The notes below the pieces were generated by a model that was not told the origin of the DNA, ran no database searches, and saw nothing but the letters and a program-made list of their open reading frames with translations. A stretch of 64,000 nt of DNA from Micavibrio sp. (lineage in GTDB: Bacteria; Pseudomonadota; Alphaproteobacteria; Micavibrionales; Micavibrionaceae): the NCBI GenBank assembly GCA_002687495.1, contig NZAJ01000093.1, positions 238 through 64,237 on the forward strand, in the 5' to 3' direction. Below, piece by piece: positions 20,822-30,703 of the stretch (within the stretch, counting starts at the first letter, position 1; each line of letters begins with the position of its first letter). The position numbers and the translations under genes are program-made.

Positions 20822-21802
20822 TTAATGCTCGCCGATACGTTTAATTTCCCATTTGAGGAGATTAACGCCAAATTTATCAAGGGCGCGGGCGATCAGCTCA
20901 TCACCTAGCATTTCCAAATCGCGCGCCTTCGCATCCCCCGTATTGAGCATAAAATTACAATGTTTTTCGCTCATCTGCGCGCCGCCAATTTTTAGGCCCC
21001 GCCCCCCTACCATCTCGACGATCTGCCAACTGCGTGTCCCTTCTGGCAGGCCAGCGCGTTTCAGCGCTTCGGCGGAAGGATTTGCAAAAGTAGAGCCGCC
21101 CGTTTGCTCTTTTATAGGCTGGGTGTCATTACGCTTTTTCTTAATCTCGGTAATGCGCGCTTTTACGGTTTTATAGTCCTCGGCCTCGCCCTTTAATATG
21201 CCAGAGAGGAAAATATAATCATGCGGCGCACCTGAATGACGATAGCTCATATGCATATCTTTTAAGAGCATGCGGTGAAGCTCACCCTTTCGATCTAGCG
21301 CGCTCACGCCCAAAAGCACGTCTTTTACTTCTGCACCATAAGCACCAGCATTCATACGTAGCGCGCCGCCGAAACTTCCCGGAATACCAGAGAGAAACTC
21401 CATCCCGCCGATGCCCGCCTTCACAGCCGCCGCCGCAATATTCCCATTCAGCGCGCCGCACCCCGCTTCGATATAAGCATGCTTTGAGCATCCCGTACCC
21501 GATACGGGATCAAGCTCCCCGCCTTCGCGGGGATGCTGCTTAGCGTGAGCACTCACTTTAGCAAAGGGTTTACCGAGCTGAACACATGCGCCACGTATCC
21601 CGCCATCGCGAATGATGGTATTAGCCAGCCCGCCAATGATGGTGAGCGGCTCGTTGGCAGGCCAGCTTTGCAAGAACATACTTAAGTCTTCGGCATCAGC
21701 CGGCTTAAATAACAGATCAGCTTTACCACCACAACGAAACCAGCTCATTGCCCCAAGCGGTGCATTTTCTATGATTTCGCCTTTTAAGCCTTTGATATTC
21801 AT
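20822..21802 (-). CDS. murB: UDP-N-acetylenolpyruvoylglucosamine reductase
   Basis: 326 aa. FAD-binding N-domain (GGKADLLF, IIGGLANTI), an SYR motif (MSYRHS) and the C-terminal MurB domain. Confidence 0.95.
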   Translation of the reverse strand: MNIKGLKGEIIENAPLGAMSWFRCGGKADLLFKPADAEDLSMFLQSWPANEPLTIIGGLANTIIRDGGIRGACVQLGKPFAKVSAHAKQHPREGGELDPVSGTGCSKHAYIEAGCGALNGNIAAAAVKAGIGGMEFLSGIPGSFGGALRMNAGAYGAEVKDVLLGVSALDRKGELHRMLLKDMHMSYRHSGAPHDYIFLSGILKGEAEDYKTVKARITEIKKKRNDTQPIKEQTGGSTFANPSAEALKRAGLPEGTRSWQIVEMVGGRGLKIGGAQMSEKHCNFMLNTGDAKARDLEMLGDELIARALDKFGVNLLKWEIKRIGEH

Positions 21803-21843
21803 TGATAATATTCGTTCTCTTTAGTTTATTCGTCGTTTTTTAT

Positions 21844-21873
21844 AGGGAGGGGGGCTACCCTCCTTGTTTTTAT
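21844..21873 (+). terminator. terminator-like hairpin plus T-tract on the plus strand, just outside the murB start
   Basis: AGGGAGGG (21844-21851) pairs with CCCTCCTT (21858-21865), giving 8 bp including one G-U pair. The loop is GGGCTA, followed by GTTTTTATT. No plus-strand gene ends here. Confidence 0.45.
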
Positions 21874-22125
21874 TAGATTTTCTTTCAGTTTGTTCGTATA
21901 GGCACAGTTTTAGTGTATATCAGCCGAGCATAGGCCAAGAAAGAAACAAAGGAAAGAGGCCGGCGGTTTTTTGTCATCGATAAAAACATGCATATATTAT
22001 AGGAATAAATTCATCACATGTCAATCTTATAGACTCATAAAAGCCGTATTTAAATTTGACAGTCATGCGTGTTTTTTGCGATCTTATATTCCGAGAGAAC
22101 AACACAAACGAGACGGTTTAAATTT

Positions 22126-22437
22126 ATGAATGCAATGACTGGCTTTGATGGCCACGCCAAGGCTTTAGATATGGTTACTCTTTTTATTCCCGCGCAATAT
22201 TGCGAAGCTTTTAACAAAAGCGCACAAAAGATCCCACCGCTTTTGACAGCGGAGAAAAAGCTTGAGACAAGCGAATATACGCGCACAAATAAACATGTGC
22301 ATGAGCGACAAACAAGCCGCCGATATATCGCAGCGCTTTTTACCAGTCGCGCTGATGCTGAGCATTTTGCTAACAAGCTTGTCAGTTATGCGCAGCCAGA
22401 CTCAATGATTAAAGACCAGCTTATTTTTGAGGGTTAG
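22126..22437 (+). CDS. hypothetical small protein (103 aa) in the murB-murC gap
   Basis: ORF 22069-22437, with the first ATG at 22126. Composition is protein-like, unlike the overlapping Cys/hydrophobic-rich minus-strand ORF. The SD is weak. Confidence 0.35.
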   Translation: MNAMTGFDGHAKALDMVTLFIPAQYCEAFNKSAQKIPPLLTAEKKLETSEYTRTNKHVHERQTSRRYIAALFTSRADAEHFANKLVSYAQPDSMIKDQLIFEG

Positions 22438-22485
22438 TGGTCACGCCCTGATGTTTATCTGAAGGGCAATTGCTGTTAAGTGCTG

Positions 22486-23928
22486 TTAAGCGGCCGCTCC
22501 ATTCACCTTCGCCTGCTCTTCTTTGAGTTTTTCAGGTAGAGCATGCGCGATTGAGGTGATATCACCCGCGCCCATACAGATCACATAATCGCCTTCATGA
22601 GCAAGGCTTGCGACTACTCGCGGCAGATCGTCACGCTCTGGAAGAGCTTGAACAGCGCGGTGGCCGTGTGCCTTAATCCCTTCAACAAGGCCGAGTTTAT
22701 CTGCGCCTTCAATTGGGTCTTCCCCTGCTTCATAGACATCCATCACGATCACTTGATCTGCGCCATTAAAGCAGGTGCAGAATTCCTCGAAGAGATCATG
22801 AAGCCTTGAATAGCGGTGGGGCTGCATCACAGCAATAACTTTACCGCCTGTATCTTCGACCGCCATACGCGCAGCTTTAAGGACTGTTTCAATTTCAGTT
22901 GGGTGGTGGGCGTAATCATCAATGATAGTAATGCCCTCAACTTCACCGCAATGGGTGAAGCGGCGCTTAACGCCTTTGAAGTTTTCAAGCGCGCTTTTAA
23001 TCAGCGGCGCTGCGATTTCAAGCTCTAGCGCTATGGCGATCGCGGCAGTTGCATTCAGGACATTATGGTCGCCCAGCATCGGCAGGAAGATATCCTTGAG
23101 GGCTTTGTCATTGGGTAGCGCGACATCAAAGGTCGAGCCTTTAGCGCTGGTACGCACGTTAGAGATTTGCACGTCGGCTTGCGGGTTTGTGCCATAGGTA
23201 ATGATTTTGCGATCTTTCACAGACGGGATGAGCGCTTGCACTTCGGGGTGATCAATACAGAGCACGGCAAAGCCATAAAATGGCAGATTATGAATGAACT
23301 GACGGTAAGCGGCTTTGACATTTTCGAAGGTGCCGTAATGCTCCATATGCTCTGGGTCCATGTTTGTCACAACACAAGCCGTGGCCGGAAGGCGCGTGAA
23401 TGTGCCATCGCTCTCATCGGCTTCGACGACCATGATATCGGAAGCGCCGAGGCGGGTGTTCGTACCGTAAGCATTGACGATGCCGCCATTAATAACGGTT
23501 GGGTCTAGGCTTTCCAGCATCGCGCCGACCATAGAAGTGGTTGTCGTTTTGCCGTGGGTTCCGGCAATCGCGATAGCCCATTTGAGGCGCATAAGCTCGG
23601 CGAGCATTTCAGCGCGACGAATAACGGGGATGCCTGCTTCGCGTGCTGCGACAAGCTCCGGGTTGCTAGGCTTAATCGCAGAGGACATCACAACGCATGC
23701 AAGCTCTTTACCGTCTTTTGTTTTTATATGCTCGGCTTCATGACCGATATAGATACTCATTCCCTTGTCACGCAGCCGCTTTACATTAGCGCTATCTGAC
23801 ATGTCAGAGCCTTGCACTTCATAGCCAAGAGCGTGCAGAACTTCGGCAATACCGCTCATACCGATACCGCCAATGCCGATAAAATGAAGCGCACCTATAT
23901 CTTTTGGTAAACCATATTGCATGCTCAT
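22486..23928 (-). CDS. murC: UDP-N-acetylmuramate--L-alanine ligase
   Basis: 480 aa. [15 protein letters not shown]-terminal Rossmann motif and P-loop GTHGKTTTT. Confidence 0.95.
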   Translation of the reverse strand: MSMQYGLPKDIGALHFIGIGGIGMSGIAEVLHALGYEVQGSDMSDSANVKRLRDKGMSIYIGHEAEHIKTKDGKELACVVMSSAIKPSNPELVAAREAGIPVIRRAEMLAELMRLKWAIAIAGTHGKTTTTSMVGAMLESLDPTVINGGIVNAYGTNTRLGASDIMVVEADESDGTFTRLPATACVVTNMDPEHMEHYGTFENVKAAYRQFIHNLPFYGFAVLCIDHPEVQALIPSVKDRKIITYGTNPQADVQISNVRTSAKGSTFDVALPNDKALKDIFLPMLGDHNVLNATAAIAIALELEIAAPLIKSALENFKGVKRRFTHCGEVEGITIIDDYAHHPTEIETVLKAARMAVEDTGGKVIAVMQPHRYSRLHDLFEEFCTCFNGADQVIVMDVYEAGEDPIEGADKLGLVEGIKAHGHRAVQALPERDDLPRVVASLAHEGDYVICMGAGDITSIAHALPEKLKEEQAKVNGAAA

Positions 23929-23979
23929 GACTTATACTCCTTGAACGTATCTTTATACGTTTTATATTTCCGTACTCAA

Positions 23980-25104
23980 TTATTTAACAATAGTTTCGCG
24001 TTCGCCCCAGCCACTGACCAGTTCGGTGACAAGGTTACCAAGGCGGCGGGCGGCATCTGGCTTGGCGCACTCACGTGCGTTTTCTGCGGCTTTAAATAAT
24101 TTCGATGGGTTTCTTAAAATTGTTTCAATGCGCTCGCTCACCACTTCAGGCGTGAAGCTATTTTCAATCATCACCCATGCACCGCCGCGATCAGCCACAA
24201 CATCAGCATTCATTTTTTGCTGTTGGTCTTTATGGTGAGGGTAAGGCACAAAAATCGCAGGGCGCCCAGCGGCTGTTATTTCTGCAACGGTTGATGCGCC
24301 AGAGCGGCCTATAAAAAGGTGGCATTTTTCAAGCTCGCCTGAAACATCTTCAACAAAGGGCATGAGCTTTACATCGATCTGCGCTTCCTCATAGGCTTGT
24401 TGCGTTTGCTCTAGATATTCTTCGCGGCATTGCTGCGTGATATGTAAGCGGGCGCGCAGTTCTTCGGGAAGTGTTTTTAGCGCTTGAGGGAGAACATCAC
24501 TAAAGACTTTCGCACCTAATGATCCGCCCATAACAAACACATTGAGCGCCCCATCCATTTCAAGAGGCGGATATGGTTTTGTATAAAGCGCTGTAATTTC
24601 TTCGCGCACAGGGTTACCTGTAAAAACCGTGCGCATGGAGGTTTCTTTATCTATGCCATGCAAATTTGGAACAGAAGAAGCTATACGCTCAGCTTGATGA
24701 GCGAGGGCGAGATTTGCGCGACCAATGATCGCGTTTTGCTCATGAAGAACGGTTGGGATTTTCGCATCTTGCGCAGCTTTAACGGCGGGGAAAGATGGGT
24801 AGCCGCCAAAGCCAACGACAGCAGCAGGCTTTTTCTTAGAGATGAGGGCTTTAGCTTGTAGCAACCCTAAAACCAGATTCATCGCGCCTTTAACTTTACC
24901 GATCAGGCCTGCACCTAGCGTTCCTGATTTAACAATATGATGCGGAATATCGGGAAACAGATTTTTAAATTTCTCGCCGCGTTCATCGCTAATCCACTCA
25001 ACATCATAGCCACGAGACACGAGGTCACGTGCGAGTGCTGCAGCAGGCATTACGTGCCCACCTGTTCCGCCCGCAGCGACAATTACAAGGTTCTTTTTTC
25101 TCAT
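23980..25104 (-). CDS. murG: undecaprenyldiphospho-muramoylpentapeptide beta-N-acetylglucosaminyltransferase
   Basis: 374 aa. AAGGTGGHVMPA motif. 4-bp overlap with ftsW. Confidence 0.95.
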   Translation of the reverse strand: MRKKNLVIVAAGGTGGHVMPAAALARDLVSRGYDVEWISDERGEKFKNLFPDIPHHIVKSGTLGAGLIGKVKGAMNLVLGLLQAKALISKKKPAAVVGFGGYPSFPAVKAAQDAKIPTVLHEQNAIIGRANLALAHQAERIASSVPNLHGIDKETSMRTVFTGNPVREEITALYTKPYPPLEMDGALNVFVMGGSLGAKVFSDVLPQALKTLPEELRARLHITQQCREEYLEQTQQAYEEAQIDVKLMPFVEDVSGELEKCHLFIGRSGASTVAEITAAGRPAIFVPYPHHKDQQQKMNADVVADRGGAWVMIENSFTPEVVSERIETILRNPSKLFKAAENARECAKPDAARRLGNLVTELVSGWGERETIVK

Positions 25105-26273
25105 AAACCTACCTTATCTTGACTGCGTGGCGCTTGTAAAGATAGACCTCCACGTGAGATCCCTTTACGCACAGAACGCCGCGTTAACGCCAAGACAATA
25201 CCAAAGGCAAACCCCATTGATAAAAGCGATGAACCGCCATAACTCATGAAAGGCAAAGTCATACCTTTTGCAGGAAGAAGCTGCATGGCTGAGCCCATAT
25301 GAATGAGAGCTTGCAGGCCGAACATGCTTAAAATACCGCCGACACTTAAAACAACGAACATATCCTCACAAGAGATAAGGCGGTTGAGGCCGCGAAAAAT
25401 TATGAAGCCATAAATGCCTATAATTAGCGCCAGGAAGACGAGCCCCATTTCCTCACCTGCGACTGAAAAGATAAAGTCAGCATGAGAATCAGGGAGATTA
25501 AGCTTCACACTGCCCTGCCCCGGCCCTGTCCCTAAAACGCCGCCTTCGCGAAAAGCTTCTAAGGATTTTTCCACCTGAAAGTTATCGCCTGTTTCGGGAT
25601 TGAAATAGCGATCGACTCGACTTTGCACATGCTCAAAGCTCATATAGATCATCACGATCGCGCCGATTCCTGCGACAATTAGCAATATCACCCAGCGAAA
25701 CGGTAAGCCTGCCAAGAAAATTTGCGCGCCCCACACAGAGGTGAGCACGAAGGTCATCCCAAAGTCAGGTTGAAGAAGCAAAAGCGTTACGCTTAGGCAA
25801 TACAGCACGCCCGTAATGATAAAACCGGGGAAGTTCTCACGTGCTTTTTTCAGTGACATGAACCATGCCGCCATCACAATAAAAGCGGGCTTTAAAAACT
25901 CTGAAGGCTGAAGGGAGAAGCCAAAAATATGAAGCCAGCGCTGCGCGCCTTTAATCTCCATGCCCGTAAGCAGCACCAAGATCATGGCCGCGACCGCTCC
26001 TAAATAGACAAAAGCTGATAAGCGCCTGATTATCTTTAACGGCATTAAGGATAAGCCTAACATGATGCCTAGCGCGGGGATTAAGAAGATTATATGGCGT
26101 ATAAGGAAATGATAATCCGATAAGCCGATATGATTAGCGACTGATGGGCTTGCGGTTGCAACAAGAGCAACGCCAAATATTGAGAGCACCAAAATTGCGG
26201 CGAGCATCCCGCGATCTACCGTCCACCACCAACGTCCTAAAATAGATGTATTCGTACGGGAGAATAGGCTCAT
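25101..26273 (-). CDS. ftsW: peptidoglycan glycosyltransferase / lipid II flippase FtsW
   Basis: 390 aa polytopic SEDS protein (QPSEF.K, PFMSYGGSS). Confidence 0.93.
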   Translation of the reverse strand: MSLFSRTNTSILGRWWWTVDRGMLAAILVLSIFGVALVATASPSVANHIGLSDYHFLIRHIIFLIPALGIMLGLSLMPLKIIRRLSAFVYLGAVAAMILVLLTGMEIKGAQRWLHIFGFSLQPSEFLKPAFIVMAAWFMSLKKARENFPGFIITGVLYCLSVTLLLLQPDFGMTFVLTSVWGAQIFLAGLPFRWVILLIVAGIGAIVMIYMSFEHVQSRVDRYFNPETGDNFQVEKSLEAFREGGVLGTGPGQGSVKLNLPDSHADFIFSVAGEEMGLVFLALIIGIYGFIIFRGLNRLISCEDMFVVLSVGGILSMFGLQALIHMGSAMQLLPAKGMTLPFMSYGGSSLLSMGFAFGIVLALTRRSVRKGISRGGLSLQAPRSQDKVGL

Positions 26274-27613
26274 AGGGCTTTCACCAATTCCGCGAAAGCA
26301 TTGCCGCGCTCTTCGAAGTTTTTAAACTGATCCCATGATGCACATGCGGGAGATAGTAGCACCACACCGCTTTGCCCAGAAGATTGCGCCATCTCATGCG
26401 CGCCTTTAACCGCGCGCTCTAAGGTGGAGCTGCGGCTATAAGCTATATTATGAGCTTCAAACCATTGAGCAAAATCGTCCTCGGCTTCACCAATAACGAA
26501 TGCATGTTTTATACGCTCTTTAAAAGCATCTAAGCCTTCAAGCCCGCCGTCTTTAGCGCGTCCACCGACAATCCAGTATATATCCTTATAAGAGGATAAG
26601 GCTTTAGATGTGGCTTCAGCATTGGTGGCTTTTGAGTCGTTGATATAAAGCACATCGCCAATCTGTGCGACGCGATATTGACGATGATTAAGACCTGGAA
26701 AGCTCTGTAAGGCGTTCATAAAATCTTGATCATCTATGCCGAGGATGCGGCAGATACATAAAACAGCCAATGCGTTTTGCAAGTTATGGCTTCCGCGAAT
26801 GGCCGGCGCACTTAAGGCATTTGCGTTTTGAACATCCATCGTTAAGCTGATCAGCTCACGCAGCTTTTGCGCTTTAACCTCTTCATGAATTTCCCATGAA
26901 TACATGTCATCAGTGGAGATCACCGCATAGGCTTTTTCGCATTTTTCTGGTGGCGGGCCAAAAATACGCGCCTTAGCCGCGGCATATTTATCAATATCGC
27001 CATGACGATCAATATGATCCGGGGTAATGTTGAGCAGCAAGGCAATATCTGGGGTGAAGCTTGGGCATAAATCCATTTGGTAGGATGAGATTTCAAGAAT
27101 ATAGACACCACCCTCTAGGGTAGAGAAGTCTTCTAGCGCGAGGGCAGCTGTGCCGATATTGCCGCCCATCTGATTAGGGATTTTTAATGCCTGTAATATG
27201 TGATGCATCAGGGCTGTTGTGGTGGATTTACCATTTGTGCCTGTAATGCCTATCACACGATTAGGCTTGTCTTGCGCTTGATTGCAGCGATGAAAAATCT
27301 CGATGTCACTAATAATTTCTATATTGGCAGCATTAGCCGCTTTGACAACCGGATGTGGTTCAGGGAAGTATAGCGGGACACCCGGCGCGAGCACGAGTGC
27401 GGCGCAGTCTTTCAGGGCTTGCTCATCAAGCTGTTTGATCTCCGCGCCTAAAGCTTTGGCTTTTTCACGTGCGGATTCGTTATCATCCCACGCGATGACC
27501 TTACCGCCTGCCGCGCAAAGCGCTTTGACAGAGGCGAGCCCAGATATGCCAAGGCCAAAAACAGCAAGCATTTTGCCATCTATGCTTTGAATATAAGGCG
27601 TGCAGTTAATCAT
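26270..27613 (-). CDS. murD: UDP-N-acetylmuramoylalanine--D-glutamate ligase
   Basis: 447 aa. P-loop GITGTNGKSTT and the dcw position between mraY and ftsW. Confidence 0.95.
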   Translation of the reverse strand: MINCTPYIQSIDGKMLAVFGLGISGLASVKALCAAGGKVIAWDDNESAREKAKALGAEIKQLDEQALKDCAALVLAPGVPLYFPEPHPVVKAANAANIEIISDIEIFHRCNQAQDKPNRVIGITGTNGKSTTTALMHHILQALKIPNQMGGNIGTAALALEDFSTLEGGVYILEISSYQMDLCPSFTPDIALLLNITPDHIDRHGDIDKYAAAKARIFGPPPEKCEKAYAVISTDDMYSWEIHEEVKAQKLRELISLTMDVQNANALSAPAIRGSHNLQNALAVLCICRILGIDDQDFMNALQSFPGLNHRQYRVAQIGDVLYINDSKATNAEATSKALSSYKDIYWIVGGRAKDGGLEGLDAFKERIKHAFVIGEAEDDFAQWFEAHNIAYSRSSTLERAVKGAHEMAQSSGQSGVVLLSPACASWDQFKNFEERGNAFAELVKAL

Positions 27614-27620
27614 AAATATC

Positions 27621-28706
27621 CTAGCGGAGTTTTAATGTCGCAAGGCCGATGAGCGCTAAGATCACAGCGATAATCCAAAAGCGGATAACGATAGTTGGCT
27701 CTGACCAGCCTTTTTTCTCGAAATGATGATGAAGCGGTGCCATTGCAAACACCCGTTTTCCGGTGAGCTTAAAGCTTGTCACTTGAACAATGACGGAAAC
27801 TGTTTCCAAAACAAATAGGCCGCCAATAATCGCCAAGACAAGCTCATGTTTGACCATAACAGCGATAGCACCAAGCACCCCGCCCATAGCAAGGGAACCG
27901 GTATCACCCATAAAGATCATAGCTGGTGGGGCGTTATACCATAAAAAGCCCATAGCACCGCCAATGAGCGCGCCACATAAAATCGCAAGCTCACCGCTGC
28001 CGATGACATATGGCACTTTGAGGTAATTCGCAAAAATTTCATTCCCGACAAGATAGGCGATCAAACCAAAACAGGCTGCGGCGATGGCTACTGGTACAAT
28101 CGCAAGGCCATCAAGACCATCTGTTAAATTTACAGCATTAGACGCGCCAATCATGACGAAGAGCGCCCATGGTACAAAGAATAAACCAACATAGATAAAA
28201 GTCTCTTTCATCATAGGAATGGCTACATGCTGATTAATATGATCGGGCAATGTATTCATGACGCCAAAGGCCGCAATACCGCCAAACAGGATTTGACCCA
28301 GAATTTTAAGCTTTCCAGAAAGGCCTTTAGAGTTTTTCTTTGTTAGCTTGAGGTAATCATCAGCAAAACCAATCAGACCGTAGCCCACCATCACGAGTAA
28401 TGCATACCATATAAGTGGATTAGAGAGATCAGACCAAAGAAGCGTTGAGATTGTCACCGAGATTAAAATCATCAAGCCGCCCATACTTGGCGTACCGACT
28501 TTGCTCGCATGAGCTTCTTCTAAATATTCACGAACATTGCTAGCGCCAGCTTGTTTGGCTTTAAGCCATGTGATCATCGGCTTGGCAATTAAAAAGCAAA
28601 TCATTAGCGCTGTCAGCACAGCCAAACCTGTTCTGAATGTCAAATAATTGAACAGGTTGAAAAAGATATGTGTTTCAGCCAGCGGCGTTAAGAGATGATA
28701 TAGCAT
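27621..28706 (-). CDS. mraY: phospho-N-acetylmuramoyl-pentapeptide transferase
   Basis: 361 aa. NAVNLTDGLDGLA and PLHHHFE motifs. Confidence 0.97.
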   Translation of the reverse strand: MLYHLLTPLAETHIFFNLFNYLTFRTGLAVLTALMICFLIAKPMITWLKAKQAGASNVREYLEEAHASKVGTPSMGGLMILISVTISTLLWSDLSNPLIWYALLVMVGYGLIGFADDYLKLTKKNSKGLSGKLKILGQILFGGIAAFGVMNTLPDHINQHVAIPMMKETFIYVGLFFVPWALFVMIGASNAVNLTDGLDGLAIVPVAIAAACFGLIAYLVGNEIFANYLKVPYVIGSGELAILCGALIGGAMGFLWYNAPPAMIFMGDTGSLAMGGVLGAIAVMVKHELVLAIIGGLFVLETVSVIVQVTSFKLTGKRVFAMAPLHHHFEKKGWSEPTIVIRFWIIAVILALIGLATLKLR

Positions 28707-28776
28707 AATATTTTTATATAGCCTTTATACTTTTTGTCTTTTTTTAAAAGCGATCAAATGCGCTTTTATTGACTTT

Positions 28777-29241
28777 TTATTGTAGAACTTCTTCCTTCGT
28801 ATCACGCACTCGAGACGCGGAAACAGCGCGGATTACTCCAGCATAGCGCATACCTTCACGCCCATGACGATAGAGCATATAATCTCCAGGTCTTATTACT
28901 TCAGGAACAACGGCGGCCAGTTTGGCACGAGGAGCGATCGCTTGCAAGCTCTCAGTAACATTTGCCACGACACCAAAACCACGATCTAGATACACCAAGT
29001 CCAGATCGTCGATATAGCGAGGCAAGCGCACTTTATGCTCTTTTTCTTTAGGCACTTTCAAATCCACTTCCAAGAAATCAGGCAAAGCGTTTTTCAGCAA
29101 AACTTTACGTCTGCCCCGCCCTGTATCAATCACACTTTCAACATGCAAAATTGTATATGGCGTCTTTGGCTTTGGACGAACACTGACTTTCATCCCGCCG
29201 ACTTGCCTATGATGCCAATGTGAGTGTCTTGGTGCTTTCAT
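28777..29241 (-). CDS. hypothetical basic protein (154 aa) occupying the canonical murF position
   Basis: An AGAGGGA SD lies 6 nt upstream of the ATG, 15 bp after the murE stop. The mraY start is 70 bp downstream with no terminator between. His-rich N-terminus (HSHWHH). No Mur ligase motifs. Confidence 0.65.
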   Translation of the reverse strand: MKAPRHSHWHHRQVGGMKVSVRPKPKTPYTILHVESVIDTGRGRRKVLLKNALPDFLEVDLKVPKEKEHKVRLPRYIDDLDLVYLDRGFGVVANVTESLQAIAPRAKLAAVVPEVIRPGDYMLYRHGREGMRYAGVIRAVSASRVRDTKEEVLQ

Positions 29242-29256
29242 GGTGTATCCCTCTCT

Positions 29257-30702
29257 TTAGTCTTTTTCTTGTCTTAAAGTTTGAATTGCATTTGCGGCTT
29301 CTTCCGCATCATCGAAATGATCTGTATGGGTGGCAAAGCTTTGGCCTTGCTCATGGCCTTTTCCTGCGATCAGCAAGATATCGCCTTTTCTAAGCTGTGA
29401 AATGCCCGCTCTGATCGCTTCACGGCGATCACCTATTTCTTCTAATGTGCTGGAGGCGCTTAAAATTTCCGCGCGAATGCTGGCAGGATCTTCTGAGCGC
29501 GGATTATCATCCGTAACGATTGCGGCATCAGCTAAGCGGCTTGCAATCTCGCCCATGATCGGGCGTTTCCCCTTATCACGATCGCCGCCGCAGCCAAATA
29601 CACATACAAGCTTAGAGCCATCGGCGACATGCGGACGCAGCGCGTTTAAAACCGTTTCCAGCGCATCTGGTGTATGGGCATAATCAACATAAATACCTGC
29701 TTTTTCAGGGTGCCCGTCAATAAGCTGTAGGCGCCCTGGCGCGCCTTTTATTTGCCCTAAGGCCTCAAGATAGATATTCGTTTTATCCGGATTTGAGCCA
29801 ATCGCCATACCAAGAGCGCATAGAGCATTCATTGCTTGAAATTCTCCAACCAAAGGCAGTTCAATTGTATATGGGTTTCCATGCACACCAAGTGCTATCA
29901 CTTGACCATGGCTATTTGCCGCGCGCTCAACCAGACGGATATACTCAGCCCTATACCCATAATCGATAACCTTAATGGAGCGCTTTTCACAGATTGCCTT
30001 AAGTGTATCAAATTCCGGTACATCCGCATTTAAAACAGCGATACCTTTATCAAGCAGCACCTCTGAGAATAGACGCGCTTTTGCTTGCAGGTAGTTCTCC
30101 ATCGTTTGGTGATAATCAAGATGATCACGGCTTAGGTTCGTAAATCCCGCAACTTTAATGCTCGCGCCATCGAGGCGAGATTGATCAAGCCCATGAGATG
30201 AGGCTTCCATTGCCAAATGCGTCACATTTTGCTCTTCTCTTAAGCGCTTAAATTCTTTATGCAGAGCCACTGTTTCAAGGGTTGTCATTTTCCCGCTTAA
30301 TGTGCCTAGTGATTCCGCACGTTCGCCTGAATAGCTCCAAAGCTGCTGTAGGAACGACACAACAGATGTCTTCCCGTTTGTGCCTGTTACTGCGGCAATC
30401 ATAGCAGGCTGCTCTTTATAAAAGGCGGCGGCTAGCAGCGCGAAGAGATGGCGAGGATTATCATCTGTGATTAACTCAGGCTGAGCCGCTGTATCAGACA
30501 GCCCATCAATATTTTCAGGCCGTTGCGTACCGCTCGGCGCCAAGATATAGCGCGCGCCGTTCGCAAGCGCTTTACCGATAAAATCACGACCATCAAATTT
30601 TTCACCCGGAAATGCAGCGAAGAGAAAGCCCGGCTCAACCGCACGGCTATCTTGAGTAAGACCCGTAATATTCGAAACGATAGAGGCGATATCAAGTGTC
30701 AT
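29257..30702 (-). CDS. murE: UDP-N-acetylmuramoyl-L-alanyl-D-glutamate--2,6-diaminopimelate ligase
   Basis: 481 aa. P-loop GTNGKTS and the DNPRSEDP motif of meso-DAP-adding enzymes. Confidence 0.95.
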   Translation of the reverse strand: MTLDIASIVSNITGLTQDSRAVEPGFLFAAFPGEKFDGRDFIGKALANGARYILAPSGTQRPENIDGLSDTAAQPELITDDNPRHLFALLAAAFYKEQPAMIAAVTGTNGKTSVVSFLQQLWSYSGERAESLGTLSGKMTTLETVALHKEFKRLREEQNVTHLAMEASSHGLDQSRLDGASIKVAGFTNLSRDHLDYHQTMENYLQAKARLFSEVLLDKGIAVLNADVPEFDTLKAICEKRSIKVIDYGYRAEYIRLVERAANSHGQVIALGVHGNPYTIELPLVGEFQAMNALCALGMAIGSNPDKTNIYLEALGQIKGAPGRLQLIDGHPEKAGIYVDYAHTPDALETVLNALRPHVADGSKLVCVFGCGGDRDKGKRPIMGEIASRLADAAIVTDDNPRSEDPASIRAEILSASSTLEEIGDRREAIRAGISQLRKGDILLIAGKGHEQGQSFATHTDHFDDAEEAANAIQTLRQEKD

Positions 30703-30703
30703 C

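Noticed and set aside
22050-22376. 108-aa minus-strand ORF in the murB-murC spacer.
   Set aside because: The sequence is Cys-, Leu- and Val-rich and looks like junk. It overlaps the more protein-like plus-strand ORF. At most one can be real, and this is the less plausible of the two.
28745-28766. Hairpin AAAAGCG-N8-CGCTTTT between the 154-aa ORF and mraY.
   Set aside because: On the transcribed (minus) strand it is followed by an A-run, not a U-run, and the stem is weak. I do not consider it a terminator, which is consistent with read-through into mraY.
28777-29241. The 154-aa ORF as a displaced MraZ, given its similar size and the missing mraZ upstream of rsmH.
   Set aside because: There is no duplicated DxxxR/KGR motif and no recognisable similarity to the MraZ sequence as I recall it. 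Only DTGRGRRKVLL is vaguely similar.
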